From a virus (lineage: Duplodnaviria; Caudoviricetes), in the IMG/VR virus record IMGVR_UViG_3300037310_000514, positions 1 to 33,592 of that record: 33,592 nucleotides of DNA; one strand, given 5' to 3'. Positions 25,500 to 32,939 of this stretch are shown piece after piece. Position numbers and translations under genes: made by a program. Under the pieces are notes generated by a model that worked only from the letters and a program-made list of their open reading frames with translations, was not told the DNA's origin and did not search any database. Within the stretch, counting starts at the first letter, position 1. Every line of letters begins with the position of its first letter.

Positions 25500-26000
25500 T
25501 CAGAACCGCAGACGTATCGTCCGTTTCGGGTCCACGGAGAGCTTCCTGTGCGCCGGGCAATAGCTTTCGCCGAACCGGGTGGTCCGGCCGCAGAACCGAT
25601 GCCCGGCGGGCGGAGCGCGATGGGAGGTCGTCGCGAAGCGGCACTGGCGGACGCCCAGATCCAAGATGCCGAATCTTCCGGGCGGAAGCGCAGGCTTCGG
25701 CGGAGACGCGGGCGCAGGCGCAGGCTTCGGCAGGAGAAGCTTTGAAAAGCCGGGTTCCGCGACCTTCGGCGCGATCTTCGGCGCGGAAGGTTTCAGCACC
25801 CGCTTTCGGGGCTTCCTGAGCTCCATCCTCCGTCTTTCGGCCGGAGCCGCGCCGTACGTCATTCCCTCCCGCGACCGGTTCGCCACGCCGATGACGGCGT
25901 TCCGCGTCGTCCCGGTTTCGTCGGCGATCTGGGAGGCGGAGAAACCCTCGCTCCACAGAACGAGAATCCTCCGGTTGCGCTCGGACAGATCGGGGCGCAT
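25500..26000 (-). CDS. gcrA: GcrA cell-cycle regulator homologue
   Basis: N-terminal LWSEGFSASQIA..GTTRNAVIG..NR (GcrA HTH), Pro/Lys linker, C-terminal ILDL...QCRF....FCG......YCPAH. Confidence 0.9.
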   Translation of the reverse strand: MRPDLSERNRRILVLWSEGFSASQIADETGTTRNAVIGVANRSREGMTYGAAPAERRRMELRKPRKRVLKPSAPKIAPKVAEPGFSKLLLPKPAPAPASPPKPALPPGRFGILDLGVRQCRFATTSHRAPPAGHRFCGRTTRFGESYCPAHRKLSVDPKRTIRLRF

Positions 26001-26300
26001 CTACGGCCTGCGATCCCGGTCGGCTGTTTCCGGCGCTTTCGGAAGCTCGGAAGGCTCGAATTCCGGACCGATCAGGCTTGCGACCCGAAAATGGACGTCC
26101 CGGAAATGCCGTTCCAGCGCGACATTCAGCCCTTCCAGAGCCTCGCTGAGCAGCCGGAAAGCGTCCGTCGCCGACCGGTAATCGTCGGCCGTCTGCGCCG
26201 CCAGATCGACGGCGGCATTGCGCACGTCCATAAGCGCTCCGCCCAGCGCGTCGATACCGGTCGGATAGGCGTCGTTCTTCATCGGTTCGTTCCCTTCCAT
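26001..26300 (-). CDS. Hypothetical protein (alternative start 26282)
   Basis: Clean ORF tightly packed between neighbours; helical composition. Confidence 0.6.
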   Translation of the reverse strand: MEGNEPMKNDAYPTGIDALGGALMDVRNAAVDLAAQTADDYRSATDAFRLLSEALEGLNVALERHFRDVHFRVASLIGPEFEPSELPKAPETADRDRRP

Positions 26301-26301
26301 T

Positions 26302-26649
26302 TCAGGTTTCGCCGTTCTTCGTCAAGGCGCGGATCGCAGGTCCGGCAAGGCCGTGTCCGCCGCGGATCGAGTGCAGATCGATCATGATGGCCAGAGACGC
26401 CATGGCGTGAGCGAGATGCGGAAGACCGCTTTCCGGGTCGATGAGCTCTCCGTCCCGCCACGCCAGCAAATGCCGCAGACAGGCGTCGTAGTAGGTCGGC
26501 GGCCGCGCATCGCTCTCCCGCCAGTTCAGCGGCCCGTACTTGCGGGCGCCGTGGCGCAGGACTTCACCCAGCAGAACGAGAGCCACGGGCGGAACGGCGA
26601 ACACGCCGGGCTTGCGGTCGCCGGAAGCACGTTTGGGGTCGTCGGTCAT
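26302..26649 (-). CDS. dATP/dGTP diphosphohydrolase N-terminal domain-like (DUF5664) protein
   Basis: ATG 26649 with GGAGG SD; KP....VPP.AL.....GARKYG..NWR...YY.A..RHL.AW..GE..DPESGLPHLAHA. Confidence 0.88.
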   Translation of the reverse strand: MTDDPKRASGDRKPGVFAVPPVALVLLGEVLRHGARKYGPLNWRESDARPPTYYDACLRHLLAWRDGELIDPESGLPHLAHAMASLAIMIDLHSIRGGHGLAGPAIRALTKNGET

Positions 26650-26680
26650 CGCCGGTTTTCCTCCATGCACAGCGCCCGCG

Positions 26681-26708
26681 AGGATATGCGGTCCGCCGCG
26701 GAACGCAA
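26681..26708 (-). promoter_or_regulatory. Putative leftward sigma70-type promoter
   Basis: Minus strand TTGCGT-N16-TATCCT, about 30 bp upstream of the leftward operon start. Confidence 0.5.
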
Positions 26709-26712
26709 GAGG

Positions 26713-26731
26713 CTGCGGCATAACGCCGCAG
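26713..26731. promoter_or_regulatory. Palindromic operator candidate between divergent promoters
   Basis: CTGCGGC-ATAAC-GCCGCAG, 4-5 bp from each -35 element. Confidence 0.5.
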
Positions 26732-26736
26732 GCGTC

Positions 26737-26765
26737 TTGACAGGCGCCCGCGGGATGTGCAGCTT
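26737..26765 (+). promoter_or_regulatory. Putative rightward sigma70-type promoter
   Basis: Perfect TTGACA, N17, then CAGCTT (-11A and -7T kept), upstream of the SSB gene. Confidence 0.5.
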
Positions 26766-26827
26766 CCCGCCCGCACGCGAACCCGCAAACCCGCGATTCC
26801 GCGAAATACGCAAAACAGGAGAACCCC

Positions 26828-27424
26828 ATGCCCGCCGTCGCATCCGCCCCCGCCCGCAAGTTCGCCGTCACGCCGCCCGGCATCCTGAGCTACCCGGCAT
26901 TGTTCACGCCGCGCGCCCCGATGCCCGGCTCGACGCAGACCGACCCGCGGTTTCAGGCCAGCCTCATTCTGTCCCCGGAAACGTTCAAGACGCCCTCGTT
27001 CAGAGAGCTTGTCGCGCTCATCGAATCCGCCGCGCGGGAAAAGTTCGGCGCGAAAATCGCGATGAACGCCCTGCGGCTCCCGCTGCGCAAGTGCGCGGAG
27101 AAGGAGAGCATGGCGGCCGTCGATCCGAACGGCGCGTTCTTCGCCTGCTGGAGCAAGACCCGGCCGCAGGTGATCGGCCCGGATTTCGCTCCCATCGCCG
27201 ATCCGGCCGCCGTGTGGGCCGGACAGACCGTCCGGCTGTCGGTCCAGCCGTTCGCCTACGAGCAGAGCGGAAACCGGGGCGTCTCCCTAGGGCTCCGGAA
27301 CGTCCAGATCCTGCGCACCGACGGCCCCCGGCTGGACGGACGCGCCAGCGCCGAAGCGGATTTCGAGAACGTCCCGCTGCCCGAGGGCTTCGCGGCGGCG
27401 AACATGGACGATCTGCCGTTCTGA
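26828..27424 (+). CDS. Single-stranded DNA-binding protein, DUF2815 (T7 gp2.5-like)
   Basis: AGGAG SD; LSYPALFTP, P.R, AY...GNRGVSLGL.NVQ....G..L.G..A..DF, acidic DDLPF C-terminus. Confidence 0.92.
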   Translation: MPAVASAPARKFAVTPPGILSYPALFTPRAPMPGSTQTDPRFQASLILSPETFKTPSFRELVALIESAAREKFGAKIAMNALRLPLRKCAEKESMAAVDPNGAFFACWSKTRPQVIGPDFAPIADPAAVWAGQTVRLSVQPFAYEQSGNRGVSLGLRNVQILRTDGPRLDGRASAEADFENVPLPEGFAAANMDDLPF

Positions 27425-27446
27425 CGGACCGGCCCCCGCACGACGG

Positions 27447-27480
27447 CGGCCCGTGCGCGGTTCCCGCGCACGGGCCGTTT
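27447..27480 (+). terminator. Strong hairpin, likely intrinsic terminator or attenuator between ssb and polymerase
   Basis: Perfect 14-bp stem CGGCCCGTGCGCGG-TTC-CCGCGCACGGGCCG followed by TTT. Confidence 0.6.
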
Positions 27481-27500
27481 CCGCAGAAGGACCGGCCCCC

Positions 27501-29540
27501 ATGTACAAGATCGTCATCGATTTCGAAACCCGCTCGGCCGTCGATCTGAAACGCGCAGGCGTCTACCGCTACGCCGAAGACCCCTCGACCGAAATCCTGT
27601 GCCTCGGCTGGGGCGGCAACGACCTGAGCCTCGCCCGCAAGCAATTCGCGATCCCCGGACCGGTTTCGGCATGGATTCCGTCGCGCGGCGGAGAATTCCC
27701 GCAGGCGATCATCGACCACATGGGCCGGAGCGGCCGCTTCGCCGCCCACCATTCGATCTTCGAGCTGGAGATATGGAACCGGGTCCTGCGCCGGGACCGC
27801 CCGGAAATCCCCAGGCTCGAACCGAGACACATCCTCGGCCACGACACTATGCTGCGATGCGCGATCTGGGGTCTGCCCCAGTCCCTCGACGCAGCTGCGG
27901 AGGCGCTCGGATGCAAAGAGCGCAAGGACCCGAACGGGCGGGCGCTCCTGGCGAAACTGTGCAGGCCCAAAGCGCGGGACGGAACCGCACCGGCCTTCCA
28001 CGATCCGTCTCCGGCCGAGCTCGACGCGCTCGCCGCCTACTGCGCCCAGGACGTGCGCGTCGAACAGGAGCTCGACGCGCTCCTGCCGCTGCCCTTCCTG
28101 ACCGTCATGGACGAAGCCCTGACCGCGGAACGCATGAACCGGGAGGGGCTGCTCATCGACGGCCTCAGGCTGAAGCGGCTCCGGGACATGATGGAGGCGA
28201 CGGTCCCGATGCTGGACGCGCGGATGCGCGAAATCACCGGCGGCAAGGTCGGATCGGCCAGGGCCGTGACGGCGCTCCTGGCGTGGCTCAGAAGCGAAGG
28301 CGTCGAGGGCCTCGAAAGCGTGGCGCGGAAGGACCTGGAAGAGGCGCTGGAAGGGCTCGCGGAAGACGGAGGGGGCTCGCCGAGAGCGCGGGAGGCGATA
28401 GCGACGCGCCTCGCCGCCGCCAGGAGCTCCGTCGGCAAACTGGCGGCTTTCGACGCCATGGCCGGAATGTGGGACGGCCGGATACGGGGGGCGTTCACGT
28501 TCTACGGCGCCGGAAGAACCGGACGGTACGCGGGCTCCGGGGTGCAGCTGCAGAACCTGCCGCGGCCCTCGGAGAGCGGCGAGGCCCTGGAAAGGCGGCT
28601 GAAGCGCATCGAAGACGGCCGGGAACCGCCGACGCTGGAAGCGGTATCGAACGCGCTCAGGTCGCTGATAATCCCCCGGCCCGGCTGGGATGCGGCTGTC
28701 ATCGACCTGAGCCAGATCGAGGCGCGGGTTCTGGCCTGGCTGGCAGGCCAGGACGACCTGCTCGGCGCGTTCAGGCGCGGCGAAGACGTCTACACCTACG
28801 ACGCGAAAGGCGTGGGAAGCGACAACCGGCAGCTGGGAAAAACGCTCAGGCTGGGCCTCGGCTACGGCATGGGTGCGGCGAAATTCATGGAGACGGCGGC
28901 GAGCCGCGGCGTCGCGCTGCACCCGGAGGAAAGCGCCGCCATCGTCGCCGCATGGCGCCGGAACAATAAGGCCATCGTGGACTGGTGGTGGAAACTGGAA
29001 GCCGGATTCCGCCGCAGCACCGAAAACCCCGGAGCCTGGGGGCCTTGGGACCCGCGCCTGCCGAAGGTCCGGTTCGGAACGTTCCATCGCCCCGACGGAT
29101 CGGGCAGGGAGGTCGCGACGCTCTACGTCCAGCTGCCGTCCATGCGGTGGATCGCCTACCGCGACCCGCTCTCGCGGCGGGACGAAAACCCGAGCTATCT
29201 CGGCGTGAACCCGGTCACCCGGAAATGGGAGCGGATCCCCACTTGGGGCGGCAAGCTCGCCGAGAATATCGTGCAGGCGGTGGCCCGGGACGTGCTCTGC
29301 GTCCTCATGACCCTGATCCGAAAATACGACGCAGACGTAAGAGCGATCCTGTGCGGATGCGTCCACGACGAAGTGATCGTCGAAACTCATCCAACGATTT
29401 CAAAGACTTTCCTGGCGGACATGACAGCCGTACTAAGGGAAGGCAGTATCCGGAAACACAGCAGGATGAAGCTTCCGGAATGGATGGCCGGACTTCCACT
29501 CGACGCAAGCGGAAGGATTTGCGACCGGTATGGAAAGTAA
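27501..29540 (+). CDS. polA: DNA polymerase, family A (APSE-like), with 3'-5' exonuclease domain
   Basis: ExoI IDFETRS, ExoIII YCAQDV, TGRYAG..VQLQNLPR, motif A DLSQIEAR, motif B RQLGKTLRLGLGYG, motif C VHDE. ATG 27501 chosen over the ORF-track start. Confidence 0.93.
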   Translation: MYKIVIDFETRSAVDLKRAGVYRYAEDPSTEILCLGWGGNDLSLARKQFAIPGPVSAWIPSRGGEFPQAIIDHMGRSGRFAAHHSIFELEIWNRVLRRDRPEIPRLEPRHILGHDTMLRCAIWGLPQSLDAAAEALGCKERKDPNGRALLAKLCRPKARDGTAPAFHDPSPAELDALAAYCAQDVRVEQELDALLPLPFLTVMDEALTAERMNREGLLIDGLRLKRLRDMMEATVPMLDARMREITGGKVGSARAVTALLAWLRSEGVEGLESVARKDLEEALEGLAEDGGGSPRAREAIATRLAAARSSVGKLAAFDAMAGMWDGRIRGAFTFYGAGRTGRYAGSGVQLQNLPRPSESGEALERRLKRIEDGREPPTLEAVSNALRSLIIPRPGWDAAVIDLSQIEARVLAWLAGQDDLLGAFRRGEDVYTYDAKGVGSDNRQLGKTLRLGLGYGMGAAKFMETAASRGVALHPEESAAIVAAWRRNNKAIVDWWWKLEAGFRRSTENPGAWGPWDPRLPKVRFGTFHRPDGSGREVATLYVQLPSMRWIAYRDPLSRRDENPSYLGVNPVTRKWERIPTWGGKLAENIVQAVARDVLCVLMTLIRKYDADVRAILCGCVHDEVIVETHPTISKTFLADMTAVLREGSIRKHSRMKLPEWMAGLPLDASGRICDRYGK

Positions 29541-29595
29541 AGCGGCGATTCTACGGGTAGCGAGTCCGGCGGAAACGTCCACCACCGGTAGCGGC

Positions 29596-29624
29596 TTGAC
29601 AAAAAGGAAAACGGCGGCGAAGCT
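29596..29624 (+). promoter_or_regulatory. Putative sigma70-type promoter for primase gene
   Basis: TTGACA-N17-GAAGCT; two GANTC sites just upstream (29547, 29562). Confidence 0.45.
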
Positions 29625-29723
29625 GAAACTCCGCCGCCGCCCAGCGAGCATCCTCAAACGGCCGCAGAACAGTCAACAGGGAAGCCGACAGGAAAACCAC
29701 GGCTGAACGAAAGGCACTCTCGC

Positions 29724-32018
29724 ATGTCCACGTCTACCCCATTCCCACCGGCTCTGCAACCCCTTTCCGAAGCCGCCCTGCACTACGCCCGCAGAGGCAT
29801 ACCGGTCTTCCCCTGCGAACCGGGAGGCAAGAGGCCCCTCACCGCCCACGGGTTCAAGGACGCCTCCGCAGACCCGGAAACGGTCAAAGCATGGTGGCGG
29901 TCGTACCCGAACGCCAGCATCGGGATGCCGACGGGAGAAGCTTCCGGCATCGAAATCGTGGATATCGACGTCAAGCGCGGCGAAAATGGCCTGAAGGCGC
30001 TGATCTCGGCCCTCGGCCGCGGCGGAACGTCCATCCCGGAACTCGAAACCTGCGCCGCCTGCTCAACCCCCTCGGGCGGTACGCATTTCTGGCTGAAATG
30101 GGACGGAAGCGAACGGAGAAGGTCGAGAGCGAACGTACTCCCGGGCGTGGACCTGCGCAGCGCCGGAGGCTACGCCATCGTCCCGCCATCCCCCGGATAC
30201 ATAGGAAATTCCCTATCGGCCGGGACCTGGACGGAAAGCCTCAAACGGATCTTCCGTTCCTGCCGCTCCGGTCCCGGCGCTTCCGGCCTACCGGCGTCCA
30301 CACCCCCCGAATTCGCACTCCCTCCGGACCGCCTGCGCGAACTGCTCGAAACCCTGCCGCCGGAACGGGTCGAAAGCTACACGCCCTGGATCGAAACCGG
30401 AATGGCCGTCCACCACGCCACGGGGGGAAGCGAAACGGGCCTGGAAATCTGGGACGCATGGTCGCAAGGATCGGTCTTCGGCAAGTACCCCGGCCCAAAC
30501 GTCCTGCGGGACAAATGGCTGAGCTTCGGAAGGGAAAGAGGAAATGCCCAGCCGGTCACCTTGAGGTCGCTGACGAAAGCCGGACTCTCGGCCGCCGACG
30601 GAGGTACGCTGGGGGAGGCAAAGCACGCGGAGCTCCTGGCGGCGCTGAAAACCCAGCTGGCCGCCGAGGACTTCCGGAACGCAGGCCCGCCATCCCCCTC
30701 CTTCCGGAAAGGGAACGGCGAAGCGGCGGCCTATCCATCGCCATCGCCACCGGCAGCGGCCACGGGGCTCGAAGCGGGCGTCTCTTCAGGCTGGACCGAA
30801 GACGCCGCAAAGATACCCGGCAGGGACTGGCTCGATCCGAGAAAGCTCTGGCTCAGAGGCGAAACCGCAGCCCTCGCCGGACGCGCAGGCGTCTCCAAGA
30901 GCACCCTCATGCTCGGCCTTGTCTGCGACTGGATCGCCGCCCAAGCGGCGGAGAAGAAAAAGGGAACGGCCGTCTGGCTCTCCGCCGACGACGATCTCTT
31001 AACGGCCAGGCGGCGCGTCGCAGCCTGGCGCCTCCACCGCGGCAGCACCGGCGAAGAGCTCGAAGGCCGCCTGCACGTCCTTACCCTCGAACACGGGCTC
31101 GGAGGCCTGAACCTGAGCTCGGAAGCGGGGCTGGACCGGCTGGCGCGCGAGGTGGCGGCACGGCAGGCGGACCTCCTGGTCGTGGACCCGCTGGCCAATC
31201 TCTCGGGACTCACGGACGAAAACTCCAACGCCCAGATGGCCCGGCTCGGAATGGGCCTCAAGGCCCTGGCCCTGAAATGCGCCTGCGCCGTCGTCCTCCT
31301 GCACCACGTCCGCAAAGGCGCCGCCGGGAACGGAGGCGCACCGCCGGCCACCGGCGGGACCGGCGGAAGGGCCGGAGTGAAAAGCGCCGCCGTGAGCGAT
31401 GAGGACATGAGAGGCGCATCGGCGCTGATCGGCACGGTCCGGAGCGTCCGGACGCTCCGCGACGCCACCCCGGAAGAAGCCGAAACGCTCGGCGGGCCGG
31501 GAGCGGGAGCGGACGCCTGGCGCTGGAAGGTCCTGGAGCACGCCAAGGCGAACTACAGCGGGATGGAAGACACCCGCTATTTCCGCATCGAAACGCCCAC
31601 CGTCGGCGCGGGCGGCGAAAGCGAACCGGTCCTCTCCGAAACCGCCGGTATCGCGATCAAAGGCGCATCGGCCCCCGTCACCGCCACCGAGGTCCAGACG
31701 CTCCTGAACGCGGTGGCTTCGTACATCGCCGACAACGGCGGAACGCTGGCGGGAGAATTCCACCAGGCGGGATCGAGATACATCGGACGGATCGCCGAAA
31801 CGTGCCTGAGAGGCCGGGACGCGGCCGGACGCCGGAAGATCGCCGAGGCGTGCCTCGACAGCCGCCTCCTGGTCCGGGAGGCGTTCACGACGGCCGGACG
31901 GCACACGAGAGAAGGACTGCGCCCGGCGCCCGGCGCCATCTCGCCCAGCAGCGGCACTCCCTCACCGGCAGTGCTCGAACGCTTTCCACCCGCCACCGCC
32001 GCCGGGGACCCAGAATGA
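29724..32018 (+). CDS. Primase-helicase: Prim-Pol (bifunctional primase/polymerase) + PriCT-2-like + AAA_25/RepA-like helicase
   Basis: PVFPC..GGKRPL..HGFKDAS, IGMPTG, VDIDVK, TPSGGTHFW; W...GMAVH...W..WS; Walker A GRAGVSKS, Walker B LLVVDPL, LLHHVRK, RGASAL. Confidence 0.92.
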   Translation: MSTSTPFPPALQPLSEAALHYARRGIPVFPCEPGGKRPLTAHGFKDASADPETVKAWWRSYPNASIGMPTGEASGIEIVDIDVKRGENGLKALISALGRGGTSIPELETCAACSTPSGGTHFWLKWDGSERRRSRANVLPGVDLRSAGGYAIVPPSPGYIGNSLSAGTWTESLKRIFRSCRSGPGASGLPASTPPEFALPPDRLRELLETLPPERVESYTPWIETGMAVHHATGGSETGLEIWDAWSQGSVFGKYPGPNVLRDKWLSFGRERGNAQPVTLRSLTKAGLSAADGGTLGEAKHAELLAALKTQLAAEDFRNAGPPSPSFRKGNGEAAAYPSPSPPAAATGLEAGVSSGWTEDAAKIPGRDWLDPRKLWLRGETAALAGRAGVSKSTLMLGLVCDWIAAQAAEKKKGTAVWLSADDDLLTARRRVAAWRLHRGSTGEELEGRLHVLTLEHGLGGLNLSSEAGLDRLAREVAARQADLLVVDPLANLSGLTDENSNAQMARLGMGLKALALKCACAVVLLHHVRKGAAGNGGAPPATGGTGGRAGVKSAAVSDEDMRGASALIGTVRSVRTLRDATPEEAETLGGPGAGADAWRWKVLEHAKANYSGMEDTRYFRIETPTVGAGGESEPVLSETAGIAIKGASAPVTATEVQTLLNAVASYIADNGGTLAGEFHQAGSRYIGRIAETCLRGRDAAGRRKIAEACLDSRLLVREAFTTAGRHTREGLRPAPGAISPSSGTPSPAVLERFPPATAAGDPE

Positions 32019-32037
32019 CGATGGGGAAGAAAAGAAC

Positions 32038-32208
32038 TGCGCCACAAGGTCTTGTGGCGCAAACCCTTGCGTCGCAAGCAGCGCAAGCGATGGGAGGGGA
32101 GCGGAGCGGCGAACAGCCGTCCCTGTCTGCGCCGCAAGCTGCGTCGCAAGGGTGCCCTACTTCATGGGCGCCTTGCGGCGCAGCGGCGCAGGGACGGCTG
32201 TTCGCTGC
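32038..32208. repeat. Iteron-like direct/inverted repeats and long hairpin; putative replication origin
   Basis: TGCGYCRCAAG forward at 32038, 32068, 32128, 32140 and inverted at 32051, 32172. 20-bp arms 32106-32125/32189-32208. Non-coding, directly after the primase-helicase. Confidence 0.7.
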
Positions 32209-32302
32209 CCGCGTGGGGAACTTGAGAGTGGGCGGAAAAGGTTGCGCCGCTGCCCGCGCCGGTGCATGAGGCAGAATGGCGCGGGAAGGCGCCGGAAGAG
32301 AC

Positions 32303-32325
32303 AAGAGAAGAGAAGAGAAGAGAAG
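32303..32325 (+). repeat. (AAGAG)4.6 microsatellite running into the Shine-Dalgarno
   Basis: AAGAG AAGAG AAGAG AAGAG AAG then GAG, about 10 nt before ATG 32335. Confidence 0.85.
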
Positions 32326-32334
32326 GAGACTGGA

Positions 32335-32886
32335 ATGGACGAACATCGGAAGACGAAGAAAAGCCGTCCGGCGAACGGCGGCTCCGGCAGACCGCCGCGG
32401 CTCCGCACGGCGGCGAAAAACGGGTACACCGAAGCCTACGTGGAAAAGCAGATCGAGTTCTGGGACGGCTGCGGATACGGTCTGAGGTTCAGCTACCGCC
32501 TTGCTTTCTGGACTCCGGAAGGCGGGCTGCATCCGGTCCTCCCGCCCTCCCGCGAACTGGCCGCCCGGCCCTGCCACGCGCGGGTCGGACTCCACCTGGC
32601 GGAACGCTGGGCCGAACGGCGGCCGGGGCCGGACGGAGACGACGCCAGCTGGACCACCCCGGCACGGCTCGCGGCGGCGTGGGGCACCGGGACCGGCGGA
32701 GGGCTGAGAGGCGCCGTCGAGTTCCTGCGCGGCCTCGGCTGGCCGATAGAGACCGGCTATCGCACGCTCGCCGGAACGTGGACAGCCGAGCGTCCGGCGC
32801 GCGGCGCGTGGGAGCCCCACCAGAAGAATGTCGGCTACAGGCTCACGGAGCCGGTCGAGTTCGAACGGACCGGCGGCCGCTGGTAG
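32335..32886 (+). CDS. Putative winged-HTH DNA-binding protein, paralogue 1
   Basis: AAGGAG SD; SWTTPARLAAAWG...LRGAVEFLRGLGWPIETG...GYRL resembles HTH_11-type wHTH; clearly paralogous to the next gene. Confidence 0.65.
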   Translation: MDEHRKTKKSRPANGGSGRPPRLRTAAKNGYTEAYVEKQIEFWDGCGYGLRFSYRLAFWTPEGGLHPVLPPSRELAARPCHARVGLHLAERWAERRPGPDGDDASWTTPARLAAAWGTGTGGGLRGAVEFLRGLGWPIETGYRTLAGTWTAERPARGAWEPHQKNVGYRLTEPVEFERTGGRW

Positions 32887-32939
32887 CCGGTTCCGGTTCC
32901 GCCCGGTGCGGGAAGGCATGGAAAAGAGGGAGAACGAAA

